DNA of 32,000 nt from Candidatus Saccharimonadota bacterium (GCA_963706795.1 OY970170.1:840001-872000); one strand, 5' to 3'. Shown: positions 19,131 through 30,434, counted from the first letter of the stretch. Notes: generated by a model not told the origin, from the sequence alone. Numbers and translations: made by a program.

Positions 19131-19328
19131 ATGAAGCAGAAGACTCACTCAAGCGCCAAGAAGCGCGTGAAGATCACTGGATCAGGGAAGTATATTCTTC
19201 CAAAGGCGTGCAAGCGTCACCTCCTCTCAGACAAGTCAAAGAAGGCAAAAGGTCGTAACAAGTACGGCGTTGTAGCTGGTTCAGCGAACATGCGCGCTCT
19301 CAAGGCATGTCTTCCTAACGGACTCTAG
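19131..19328 (+). CDS. rpmI: 50S ribosomal protein L35
   Basis: MKQKTHSSAKKRVKITGSGK.., 65 aa, 1 nt after the infC stop. Confidence 0.9.
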   Translation: MKQKTHSSAKKRVKITGSGKYILPKACKRHLLSDKSKKAKGRNKYGVVAGSANMRALKACLPNGL

Positions 19329-19350
19329 TATTTTTCTTTCGTAACGTTAT

Positions 19351-19695
19351 ATGACACGAGTAAAGCGCGGGCTAGCAAGCCACAAGCGACATAAGAAGAT
19401 CATCGCCAAGGCAAAGGGGTACCGCTTGATGAATGGGAATGTTTTCTCACGAGTTAAGAACGCCGTTGCAAAGGCTGGAATGAATGCGTACATCGACCGC
19501 CGCAACAAGAAGCGAACTTTCCGAGCTCTCTGGCTCGTTCGTATCAACAATGCGGTTCGTCCACTTGGTGTTACGTACTCAGCTTTCATCAACATGCTCT
19601 ACAAAAAGCACGTAAAGCTCGATCGAAAGGCTCTTTCAAACATCGCTATCTCTCACCCTGCGGTATTCGCAAAGGTTGTTGAGTTCGTAAAATAG
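19351..19695 (+). CDS. rplT: 50S ribosomal protein L20
   Basis: MTRVKRGLASHKRHKKIIAKAKGYR..DRRNKKRTFRALWLVRINNA.., 114 aa. Confidence 0.95.
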   Translation: MTRVKRGLASHKRHKKIIAKAKGYRLMNGNVFSRVKNAVAKAGMNAYIDRRNKKRTFRALWLVRINNAVRPLGVTYSAFINMLYKKHVKLDRKALSNIAISHPAVFAKVVEFVK

Positions 19696-19712
19696 TCTTC
19701 TGTACTGTTTTG

Positions 19713-19740
19713 AGATCCCTGAGTAATCGGGGATTTTTTT
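19713..19740 (+). terminator. intrinsic terminator after rplT
   Basis: GATCCCTGA-GTAA-TCGGGGAT followed by TTTTTTT. Confidence 0.6.
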
Positions 19741-19741
19741 G

Positions 19742-20206
19742 TGGGGAGATGATATGGAGATTTGAGAATTATTGCCACTGAATTTCTGTGGATCTCGCTG
19801 TCTCGAGATCGCCCGTTTCTTTTTGCTTGTTCGACAAGGGTAGAGATTTGATTTGGACATCTTCCTAGATTATTTAGGTGCCTCACTGTACAAAAAGAAA
19901 TCGGATCGATCACGGCCGCGCTGCGATGGGAGTACGGAGAATATAACATAACTGAATATTCTCATGTCTTCAGTGTATCATCACATCCACTCACATACCA
20001 TCCGTTTTCTGGAGTGCAGCGAGGGCTGTGCGAGCAAAGGCTCGAGAGTTAGTTCATTCACTCAACACACCCGAGCACTCTCTCCATCACGAGAGGTCTG
20101 CGAGTTCCACAGCAAACAGAAGAAATACGGATGAGTGTGAAGTGGGAGGAGGGGAAAATGAGTAAAGGAAATATAAAAATCCGCAAATCTCCATATCATC
20201 TCCCCA
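19742..20206. repeat. 465-bp noncoding segment bounded by a perfect 23-bp inverted repeat
   Basis: TGGGGAGATGATATGGAGATTTG at 19742-19764 is the exact reverse complement of 20184-20206. The last base of the right arm is the A of the yidD ATG. Confidence 0.9.
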
Positions 20207-20451
20207 TGTCCGTCAAAATCCTACTTTTTCTCTTCCGCCAGTATCAACGCTTTTTCTCACCAGACCATTCCCTCTGGGCGAAAGCGATGAATAGACCTCC
20301 ATACTGTCGATACTATCCTTCATGTAGTGACTACGCAGTGCAGGCGATTACTGAGTATGGATCAATAAAGGGCTCCTGGCTTGCTACGAAGCGAATTGCC
20401 CGCTGTCATCCCTGGTCAAAAGGAGGATATGATCCCATTCCAAAAAAATAA
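20206..20451 (+). CDS. yidD: membrane protein insertion efficiency factor YidD, 81 aa
   Basis: LFRQYQRFFSP......CRYYPSCSDYAVQAI..GS.KG..LA.KRIARCHPWSKGGYDPIP is the YidD pattern. Internal ATG at 20206 is preferred over the track start at 20131. Confidence 0.8.
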   Translation: MSVKILLFLFRQYQRFFSPDHSLWAKAMNRPPYCRYYPSCSDYAVQAITEYGSIKGSWLATKRIARCHPWSKGGYDPIPKK

Positions 20452-20480
20452 AGCATCCATAATGGATGCTTTATTTTTTG
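20451..20480. terminator. bidirectional intrinsic terminator between convergent genes
   Basis: AAAGCATCCA-TAA-TGGATGCTTT followed by ATTTTTT. Confidence 0.65.
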
Positions 20481-20899
20481 TCTTCTAGAAGGATATCCTG
20501 TACATATTCATTTGTTATTTGAATGCGATCATTGCGCACGAGTCTGAATTCTTCAGCATTCCAATCCGTGAGTTTGTAGCGGTGTTTGTTAAATAAAAAG
20601 TACATTCCAGCTGCGGAGGGTTTCTTGGCGTCGTCTATATCGAGCGGACAACTAAATGTGAGATGGCGTGTCTTCCTACCTGGAGTATCTATTTTTGTGA
20701 GACACGAAATAATAGCTTTTCGAAGTCGCATTTCTTCTTCTACATTCAGTTTTTTGGAAGGAGTAATATCTGTCGCATGGCTTGCGGATGAGAGCAGAAG
20801 TGCTGCAGCCGTAGCTTTTATAGAGGTTTGAAATGCGCGAGCGAATCACTGCGTTCGCTCTCCCGTAGGAGTTCAAAAAGGGTGTTCTTGGGAGTTCAT
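20471..20899 (-). CDS. secreted hypothetical protein, 142 aa
   Basis: Track ORF 20471..20731 extends upstream in frame through 2 TGAs to ATG 20899. The extension adds a signal-peptide-like segment (IKATAAALLLSSASHA). The start is uncertain. Confidence 0.5.
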
Positions 20900-21029
20900 A
20901 AATAACAAACTAAATAACGAATGGAACAGAGAATTTTGTACTCTGGCGAGAAGTATTTGTAGCATACAATTCATTCAATGATTTGTCACTTCTGATTGCA
21001 CTTCTGCTGGCATTTCGTATGATCCTGCC

Positions 21030-21626
21030 ATGCTCAATTCGCTCATCGGACTTGATGTCCAAATCTCAACATTCCTACGCACACTCGTCGTGGCAGGAAG
21101 TCCACTCGTGCCTGTGGTTCGAGTTTTCTCAGACCTAGAAGTCTTCATGGTTGTTGTACTCCTCCTGATCTGGTGGCTTCGCGGCGTACAAAAAAAGTCT
21201 CGCGATATGCGCGTACAGGCCCTTGATCTTTTTTATGCGATTGGACTCGCGTTCGGTATGTACTGGATCCTCAATCTTGGTCTCCCGATGCGACCACGCC
21301 CAGAGATGATCTCAAGTCTCCCTCCACTCCTCAATCACCTCCCAGATAATTCTTTCCCATCAGGACATGCCATCTTCGCTGGAGCTTCGGTGTTCGCAAT
21401 TGCCCGATATATGTCGGGTCGTATGGCTGCGCTCTTCGCGTTTGTAGGATTGTTTATGCTTCTCTCACGAGTAATTGCGGGAGTTCATTATTTCGGGGAT
21501 ATTTTCGTGGGGACGATCCTCGGTGTGGCCTTTGCTTGGTTATATGACAGTATCCGAACAAAACTCTCAGATAACTCACCACTCCATACTATCCCACTCA
21601 AGATCGCATCATTCATAAAACTCTAA
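21030..21626 (+). CDS. PAP2-family phosphatase (undecaprenyl-diphosphatase / PgpB-like)
   Basis: PAP2 motifs PSGH (FPSGHAIFAG) and SRVIAGVHYFGD; multi-TM protein. Confidence 0.8.
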   Translation: MLNSLIGLDVQISTFLRTLVVAGSPLVPVVRVFSDLEVFMVVVLLLIWWLRGVQKKSRDMRVQALDLFYAIGLAFGMYWILNLGLPMRPRPEMISSLPPLLNHLPDNSFPSGHAIFAGASVFAIARYMSGRMAALFAFVGLFMLLSRVIAGVHYFGDIFVGTILGVAFAWLYDSIRTKLSDNSPLHTIPLKIASFIKL

Positions 21627-22201
21627 TGGACGCACTCGTACAAACATTCGCAGCATTTGGTCTGCCAGGGATATTTTTCCTTATGGCACTCGAATCGAGT
21701 CTTTTTCCAGTTCCATCCGAACTCGTGATGATCCCCGCAGGATACCTTGCATTTCAAGGAGAGTATTCATTTACTGCAGCGGTACTTGCTGGTGGACTCG
21801 GGAGTGTGGTGGGTGCATGGGCCAACTATCTCTTCGGTCGATACATTGGGAAGGCGATCTTGCTTAAGTACGGGAAATATTTCTTTATCACGCACAAGAA
21901 ATACGAACTCGCCGAGAATCTCTTCGTCAAGAACGACAAGCTCTATACATTCATCGGGCGATTTCTCCCCGTTGTTCGTCATCTCATCTCGATCCCAGCG
22001 GGGATATTTCGGATGAATCCAGCTTGGTTTACGGGTCTTACCTTCATCGGAGCAACGATGTGGTGTGGAGTACTCGTGAGTATTGGATACTTCATCGGTC
22101 CATCGGTGCTTGATCTTATTCGACACTATGCTCATGAAGCAAATATCATCTTCATGATCCTGATTGTCGCAGGAGTGATCTGGTTCATTCGCAAAAAATA
22201 A
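21626..22201 (+). CDS. dedA: DedA-family membrane protein
   Basis: LESSLFPVPSELVMIPAGYL and GRFLPVVRHLISIPAGI are DedA signatures. The ATG overlaps the upstream stop (TAATG). Confidence 0.85.
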   Translation: MDALVQTFAAFGLPGIFFLMALESSLFPVPSELVMIPAGYLAFQGEYSFTAAVLAGGLGSVVGAWANYLFGRYIGKAILLKYGKYFFITHKKYELAENLFVKNDKLYTFIGRFLPVVRHLISIPAGIFRMNPAWFTGLTFIGATMWCGVLVSIGYFIGPSVLDLIRHYAHEANIIFMILIVAGVIWFIRKK

Positions 22202-22214
22202 CATTACATGTCGC

Positions 22215-22249
22215 AAAAAACGGTTACACTACACGGGTAACCGTTTTTT
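22215..22249 (+). terminator. intrinsic terminator
   Basis: AAAAAACGGTTAC-ACTACACGG-GTAACCGTTTTTT. Confidence 0.65.
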
Positions 22250-22251
22250 CT

Positions 22252-22710
22252 ATGAAACTCCCACTCGAACATACACTTGATCTCACCTCTAATGGCTCAC
22301 ACGCACAGCTCACGCTCGGTGAATTGCTTGCGAAGTCACCCAAGACCATCCTGTATTTTTATCCGAAGGATAATACTCCTGGCTGCACAATGGAGGCTCA
22401 GGATTTTACACGACTCAAGAAGGATTTTGCAGAGAAGGGAATTGTGATTGTCGGAGTTTCGAAGGATTCGGATGCTTCACATAAAAAATTCCAAAAGAGT
22501 TGTTCGCTCGGGATTGATCTCATTTCGGATGATGGTGCGCTCATCGAAGCGTTCGGGGTGATGGGTGAAAAAAATATGTATGGGAAGATCGTATTCGGCC
22601 TGATTCGTTCAACATTCTTGCTCGATCAAAGCGGCAATATTCTGCGCGAATGGCGCAATGTGAAGGCGACTGGTCATGGTGAAAAAGTTCTTCGTGAAAT
22701 CCCAGCGTAG
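22252..22710 (+). CDS. bcp: thiol peroxidase / peroxiredoxin Bcp
   Basis: ILYFYPKDNTPGCTMEAQDF is the peroxiredoxin active-site motif; 152 aa. Confidence 0.9.
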   Translation: MKLPLEHTLDLTSNGSHAQLTLGELLAKSPKTILYFYPKDNTPGCTMEAQDFTRLKKDFAEKGIVIVGVSKDSDASHKKFQKSCSLGIDLISDDGALIEAFGVMGEKNMYGKIVFGLIRSTFLLDQSGNILREWRNVKATGHGEKVLREIPA

Positions 22711-22762
22711 ACCTTCTCTATCTTGAGATGGTAAAATCTGGTTTTTGAATATAATCCGCGAC

Positions 22763-23572
22763 ATGAAAATCCTCGTTTTTGGTGATATATACGGACGAAA
22801 AGGACGTGAACTTCTTGAGACGTATCTTCCCGAGCTACATAAACAGCATGCTCCGGATTTTGTGATCGCGAATTCTGAAAACCTCACCAATGGGAAGGGT
22901 CCAACAGTTAAGCATCTCGAAGAGCTCGCGGCATTTGGGATCGATGGATTTACTGGATGAAACCACAGTTTTACTCATCTCGAAGAGATTGGTGAATACA
23001 TGGATCGAGCAGATACACTCCAGATCCGACCTGCAAATTTTTATAGCTCAAAATACTACACACTTCCTGGTCGAGGTGCTTTAGTGCTCAATAAAAATGG
23101 GAAATCGATCTTGGTAATCAATGTGATTTCGGGTTTATTTCTCAAAGATCATGTCTCGAATCCATTTCTCAAGGTTGATGAGATGCTCGAAGAATACAAG
23201 GATCAAACCTTTGACGCGATACTCGTAGATTTTCATCGCGAAACGACCGCCGAATCCTACTGCATGACCGAATTTCTCTCTGGTCGGGCGACTTTTGTCT
23301 ATGGGACGCACACGCATGTTCAGACGAATGACGAGCACATTCTTGAGTCTGGAACAGGTATGATCACAGATATTGGAATGACTGGTTCGATGCATTCAGC
23401 GATTGGACAAAAATTTGAAGGACGCTTACCGGCGATGCTTTCGGGCGTGAATCTCTTCTCAGTTAAACCTGAGCCAGATATGAGTGCAGGTGTGGTTTCA
23501 GCTATTTTAGTCGAGATCGAAAATGGGAAATGTATCTCGCTTGAAAAGATTCGAATCAGAGAAGCTGCATAA
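22763..23572 (+). CDS. ymdB: YmdB-like metallophosphoesterase (2',3'-cyclic-nucleotide phosphodiesterase family), 269 aa
   Basis: MKILVFGDIYGRKGRE, ANSENLTNGKG, GFTG[UGA=G]NHSF (GNH motif), DFHRETTAE, THTHVQTND. Track ORFs 22745..22960 and 23000..23572 share a frame. Confidence 0.85.
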
Positions 23573-23665
23573 AATTTTGAGGAAAGCCTCTTCTTTAAAT
23601 AGAGTTCGGTTTTGCGCGCTTCGTTCTAGATGGATATTGAAAAACGTTATACATCTATATAATTC

Positions 23666-24901
<1,236 letters not shown>

Positions 24902-25036
24902 ATCATTAATTATATATTAATTCTAGATGGTAGACTCTGAGCAAAATACAGCCTAACCGGTTTGCTTTTATCGTGTCTTCTGCTACACTCAAACCTGACT
25001 TTGTGCGCGATTTCGCGCTCTTTTTTACCTAGATAC

Positions 25037-26395
25037 ATGGCAGAACTTCCACAAAAAGTCCGAGGAATGCAGGACATCTTCGGCGAATACCAACGCTATT
25101 TCAACTTCCTTAAAAAAGTTGCCCGACATGAATTCCGTAAGAATGGATTCACGCGTATTTCTACTCCGATCATCGAAATGAAGGATTTGATCGTGCGATC
25201 TGCGGGAATTGGTTCTGACGTTGTGTCTAAGGAAATGTACGAATTCACTGACAAAAAAGGTCGTGAACTCGTTATGAAACCCGAGTCGACTCCAGGGGTA
25301 ATGCGCGCCTACATCGAAAATAATATGATGGAAGAGCCGCAGCCGGTATATCTTTTTTATATCGAGCCACACTTCCGATATGACCGTCCACAAAAGGGGC
25401 GATATCGTCAGTTCCACCAAGTGGGAGGCGAAATCATTGGTGAGCTTGATCCAATCTTGGATGCAAAGATGATCTATGTTGGTTGCTCTATGCTCGACAG
25501 CCTTGGTCTTCAGGGGAAATACAAAGTAAAACTCAACTCTATTGGTACATCCAAAGAGCGTGAGAAATATATCCTCGAACTCACGAGTTTCTTCGAAAAC
25601 AAAAAGCATCTTCTTGACGAAACAGATCTCGCAAGACTTGCGACTAATCCACTTCGACTCTTGGATTCAAAGAGTGAGGATGTCAAAGAGCTCCTTAAGG
25701 TAGCTCCAAAAATCACTGATTTCCTCAAGAAAGATTCTCTTGAGTTCTACTCGCTCGTAAAAGAATATCTCGATATTCTCGGAGTTGCCTACGAAGAAGA
25801 CCACACCCTCGTCCGCGGTCTCGACTATTACTCTCACACTGTTTGGGAATGGGTTGATGGATCAGGTCGTACACAGGACGCGTTTGGAGGAGGAGGTCGC
25901 TATGATGAACTTGCAAAGGTTCTTGGCTACAAAGAAGCAATTCCAGCGGTAGGATTTGCAATGGGATGTGAGCGTCTCATTGAGGCGGTGATGGATTCGG
26001 GTGTGAAACTCCGCAATAAGGATTCGATTCACCTCTACTTCATCCAGCTTGGTGATGATGCGAAGAAGCTTATGCTTCCACTCTCAATCGAAGCTCGAAA
26101 TCGCGGACTCAATTCGCTTCTCTCACTCGGAACACCGTCTCTCAAGGTCCAGATGAAGAAGGCTAATCGCCTCAATGCTCGATTTGTTGCCATCGTCGGT
26201 ATCATGGAAGCAAAGAAGGGCGTGTGTCAGCTCAAAGATATGCTCAATGGAACTCAGACCGAAGTAAAACTCACAGATCTTCTTGATCGTGTATGTGAGC
26301 AGGTCAATCCAAACGAACTTGATTTCTACTCGCCAATGAAGGACTTCACGATCGAAGAACCCGTTGTCGTTGTAACTCCTGAAGAAACCGTCTAA
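25037..26395 (+). CDS. hisS: histidine--tRNA ligase, 452 aa
   Basis: VRGMQDIFG, FTRISTPIIE, MYEFTDKKGRELVMKPESTPG, YRQFHQVGGEIIG, GGGRYDEL, AVGFAMGCERL. Internal ATG 25037 is preferred over the track start. Confidence 0.95.
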   Translation: MAELPQKVRGMQDIFGEYQRYFNFLKKVARHEFRKNGFTRISTPIIEMKDLIVRSAGIGSDVVSKEMYEFTDKKGRELVMKPESTPGVMRAYIENNMMEEPQPVYLFYIEPHFRYDRPQKGRYRQFHQVGGEIIGELDPILDAKMIYVGCSMLDSLGLQGKYKVKLNSIGTSKEREKYILELTSFFENKKHLLDETDLARLATNPLRLLDSKSEDVKELLKVAPKITDFLKKDSLEFYSLVKEYLDILGVAYEEDHTLVRGLDYYSHTVWEWVDGSGRTQDAFGGGGRYDELAKVLGYKEAIPAVGFAMGCERLIEAVMDSGVKLRNKDSIHLYFIQLGDDAKKLMLPLSIEARNRGLNSLLSLGTPSLKVQMKKANRLNARFVAIVGIMEAKKGVCQLKDMLNGTQTEVKLTDLLDRVCEQVNPNELDFYSPMKDFTIEEPVVVVTPEETV

Positions 26396-26400
26396 GACAT

Positions 26401-26442
26401 AAAAAATCCTCCGAAGCTCGTAAGAGCGAAGGAGGATTTTTT
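26401..26442 (+). terminator. intrinsic terminator with the same conserved core as 13833..13880
   Basis: AAAAAATCCTCCGAAGCTC-GTAA-GAGCGAAGGAGGATTTTTT. GNRA loop, symmetric GAA/GAA internal loop, U-run. Lies between convergent hisS and the surface-protein gene. Confidence 0.7.
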
Positions 26443-26450
26443 ATGTCTTA

Positions 26451-27227
26451 TTATCGTGCGAGCCGCTTCCTAAAAACTATGAGTGCTCCAACTCCGAGAG
26501 AGAAGAGGATCATGAGAAGTGTCTGGACTGGTCCAGTCTTCACACTCGTTACTTTAGAGGTATTGATCGAAGCTGTCTGCATATCGCCACAGACTGCAGC
26601 TATCTTGAAGTCCTCATATTTTACAGCTCCGCGAGCGAGATATGCTGTATAGATCGGACTCTTTACTCGCTCAATAAATACAAAGTCACCGGATTTTGTT
26701 CGCTTCATAACGTCATATCCGGCTGCACCGGCAACTTCTTTCCAACGAACGACGGTTTTTGTATCTTGCTCCTCAGTTTGGATGATATCAATTGCAGGAA
26801 GTTTACATTCTGGTGCGCTATTGAGCACAGGGGTTGTTGATCCTGCAGTATTGCTTACTGGTTTTGGAGTACTCGTGGTTGTAGTTGTAGCAGTGGGAGT
26901 CTCAGGAGTTTTTGTAGTTGTAACTACAGGTGTTGTTGTTTTTGGAGGAGTAACTACTGGCTTTGGTGGTGTGACTGTTGTTGCAGGAGAAGAAGTCGTA
27001 GGCTTTGGTGTCACAACGGGTGGTTGAGTATTTGAAGTACTCGGAGTTGTTGGAGTGGTTGATCCGGTGCTGGATTCGATAGATTTTGCAAAATCTGCCA
27101 TAAAATCCTCTGCGCTCATTGGAGCGCTTGCGGCACTCGCAAGGAAGAGTACAGAACCCACGAGGAGTGTGGTTCAGGCAGTAACTCCGAGGGCAATGAT
27201 TTCTTTATTTGAAAAACGAGCGCGCAT
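26451..27227 (-). CDS. secreted surface protein with a Thr/Pro-rich linker and a C-terminal VKTGP + TM + basic-tail anchor, 258 aa
   Basis: Start MRARFSNKEIIALGVTA[G]TTLLVGSVLFLASAASA (signal peptide; one in-frame TGA upstream of the track ORF start). About 85 aa of T/P/S/V-rich sequence. C-terminal module is homologous to that of 16311..17990. TAA stop. Confidence 0.75.
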
Positions 27228-27399
27228 ATTGATTGCTAATTGAATTTTATGCCCACGATATTACTCAAATCAGACACATGTCCAATTTTGGCTTTCTTGT
27301 AAGCGTTTGAGTCATGATCTGTTCATATCTCTGTAGCCTGGTTAAATAAGTAGTCATACTCATTATTTTACAGAACTCCTAAAAATCTCTTTTTTCCTT

Positions 27400-27427
27400 T
27401 TGACAGGGTCTCCAAAAAACATATGAT
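27400..27427 (+). promoter_or_regulatory. candidate sigma-70-type rRNA promoter
   Basis: TTGACA (27400-27405), 16-nt spacer, TATGAT (27422-27427), about 170 nt upstream of the 16S 5' end. Confidence 0.5.
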
Positions 27428-27450
27428 ACGCGGGCTCAATTTTCTGAGCA

Positions 27451-27462
27451 TGCTCCTTAACC
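27451..27462 (+). promoter_or_regulatory. boxA-like antitermination element in the rRNA leader
   Basis: TGCTCCTTAACC resembles the bacterial boxA consensus TGCTCTTTAACA. Leader hairpins lie at about 27441-27466 (enclosing this element, GCGGG..CCCGC), 27471-27487 and 27538-27578. Confidence 0.4.
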
Positions 27463-27594
27463 CGCACACAAGAAGACGAAGTCTTCTTGAGAGAAAGATA
27501 CAACAAGTACACAATCAAAAAAGTCCTGTGTAGACCCTCCTCTATTCACGCTCCCTTCCGGAGGCCTCTGAATAGAGAATTCTTACAGGCAACT

Positions 27595-29072
<1,478 letters not shown>

Positions 29073-29193
29073 ATCTGTATCTGACACTGATCCGATCAAC
29101 CATGCTCTGCATCAAGATCTACAATCAGACTCTGTCTCTTTTTCTCTCAAGGAATCAACTTCGTCTTCTGGTGTGTGAGGTAAGAGCATTACC

Positions 29194-29227
29194 AAAAAAA
29201 CTTCCACTCTGTGTGGAAGTTTTTTTA
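29194..29227. terminator. bidirectional intrinsic terminator closing the 16S transcription unit and the convergent metal module
   Basis: AAAAAAACTTCCAC-TCTG-TGTGGAAGTTTTTTT. Confidence 0.7.
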
Positions 29228-29238
29228 TGGTTTCTGAA

Positions 29239-29436
29239 TTATCTTTGGCTGTAAATATCTGCTGAATGCGCATTTCCAGACATAATTTGTTCCATTCGGA
29301 GCATATCTGCGCGCATAGCAAATGTACCCCAGATCATCACGATCGTACAGACTGCGCATGAGAGGATGCAGGCAATGGTGATATATGGATGGCAACCAAG
29401 AGAGACGGTGCTTGTTTTTTCGCAAGAAGATGACAT
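29239..29436 (-). CDS. small Cys-rich membrane protein, 65 aa
   Basis: MSSSCEKTSTVSLGCHPYITIACILSCAVCTIVMIWGTF.. has five Cys in and around one TM segment. It starts 15 nt after the upstream gene stop. TAA stop. Confidence 0.5.
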   Translation of the reverse strand: MSSSCEKTSTVSLGCHPYITIACILSCAVCTIVMIWGTFAMRADMLRMEQIMSGNAHSADIYSQR

Positions 29437-29451
29437 AGAATTATGTAAAAA

Positions 29452-29934
29452 TTAGTCGTGATTCGTTGGCGTTTCAAGCCCTGAGGTACTATGTCCGTGT
29501 GGTGCAAAATCGGTATTTTCTAAGAAGAAATATATACCAATTGTGATCGCAAATACCGCAAGACCCGAGCATAGCATGTATTTGTAGTCTTTCTTGTCCC
29601 AAGAATAATTATTGATCTTTGCAAACAGAAGAAGTGAGAGTATGAATCCAGTAGGAACTATCATGAGACTTCGTTCAGGCGAATCTGGGAAATGTTGCAG
29701 GCCTCATGTAAATGCACCAATGCTTATAGCCATCAATGCACCGAGCCCAATGGTTTCCCAAGTATTTTGTGAGCTCTCTTCATAGAGTACCCCAATCACA
29801 AAACAAAATACTCAAAATGCTCCAGTAAGCAGAGAACGTGACTCCGAGAAGAATCCGTGAGATATTGCCCCAGTAATGAAGCTGATCCCTAAGTACTTAC
29901 TGATATTTGAAAAATGCGCCCGTGAAAAATTCAT
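29452..29934 (-). CDS. integral membrane protein with a His-rich C-terminal tail, 160 aa
   Basis: Track ORF 29452..29664 extends in frame through 2 TGAs to ATG 29934, 10 nt after the csoR stop. About 4 TM segments. Tail is ..APHGHSTSGLETPTNHD. Confidence 0.6.
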
Positions 29935-29944
29935 AATCTAAAAG

Positions 29945-30217
29945 TTATTTTCGTGTTACTACGTCCCAAGTGCGTACAAGTTCATCGATAAAATCTTCTT
30001 TTGCCTTTCCACCTTCGGTGAGAGCTTTTGTTCCGCAGCAGGCAAGGTGGTTCTTGAGGAGTTCGCGATTTGCACTCTGCAATAGACCCATGGACGCGTT
30101 GATCTGGTGGGCGATATCGGCACAGTACACGTCATTCTCGATCATTTCTTGAACTTTTGCAAGTGTGCCCAGTGCTTTCTTGATGCTGAGATTTATCCGA
30201 TCTTTGTTGTGAAGCAT
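29945..30217 (-). CDS. csoR: CsoR/RcnR-family metal-sensing transcriptional repressor, Cu(I)-type ligand set, 90 aa
   Basis: VYCADIAHQINA.....LLKNHLACC gives Cys32 / His57 / Cys61, fitting the x-C-H-C fingerprint of copper-sensing CsoR. Confidence 0.85.
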   Translation of the reverse strand: MLHNKDRINLSIKKALGTLAKVQEMIENDVYCADIAHQINASMGLLQSANRELLKNHLACCGTKALTEGGKAKEDFIDELVRTWDVVTRK

Positions 30218-30234
30218 ATTGAAATATAAATTGA

Positions 30235-30249
30235 AAACCCCTATGGTTT
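30235..30249. promoter_or_regulatory. candidate CsoR operator half-palindrome upstream of csoR
   Basis: AAACC-CCTAT-GGTTT. Its reverse complement shares AACCATAGGG with the palindrome at 30416-30434. Confidence 0.35.
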
Positions 30250-30310
30250 GAGTATCCTCGATAAGCTTTTTAGCGAAAGTAGCTCCCGAAAGGGAGCTTT
30301 TTATGTGCGA

Positions 30311-30394
30311 CTACTTGTTGCCGCATGCGCATCCAGAACCGCAAGAACAAGTCTCGCAGGTACATGGATTGCATGTGCATTTTTCTGTTTTCAT
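30311..30394 (-). CDS. metallothionein-like Cys-rich peptide, 27 aa
   Basis: MKTEKCTCNPCTCETCSCGSGCACGNK: 8 Cys in 27 residues as CxC/CxxC pairs. Intact ATG and TAG. Lies directly upstream of csoR on the same strand. Confidence 0.6.
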   Translation of the reverse strand: MKTEKCTCNPCTCETCSCGSGCACGNK

Positions 30395-30415
30395 AGATAG
30401 CTTGTTGAGAATACC

Positions 30416-30434
30416 TAACCATAGGGTATGGTTA
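30416..30434. promoter_or_regulatory. candidate CsoR operator: 19-bp palindrome upstream of the metallothionein-like gene
   Basis: TAACCATA-GGG-TATGGTTA, with 8-bp perfect arms around a G tract, 22 nt upstream of the ATG at 30394. Confidence 0.45.

Noticed and set aside
19964-20189. Small His/Cys-rich ORF (MSSVYHHIHSHTIRFLECSEGC...CEFH..) inside the inverted-repeat-bounded segment.
   Set aside because: It is only 55 codons before the first UGA, has no SD and no recognisable family, and overlaps the yidD leader. That is insufficient to call it a CDS.
19742-20206. Whether the inverted-repeat-bounded segment is RNase P RNA (given the yidD neighbourhood), tmRNA, SRP RNA or 6S RNA.
   Set aside because: The conserved blocks were not found in the right order on either strand. 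There is no GAGGAAAGUCC-type CR-I near a 5' end (only a loose AGGAAGAUGUCC on the minus strand near the wrong end). There is no tRNA-like 3' end with a T-loop and no SRP domain IV motif. The identity is left open as a finding rather than called.
25005-25026. GCGCG-ATTT-CGCGC plus a T-run, 10 nt upstream of the hisS ATG, considered as a T-box or attenuator.
   Set aside because: The stem is only 5 bp, with no specifier or T-box sequence in the 135-nt leader. It is more simply a weak htrA terminator.
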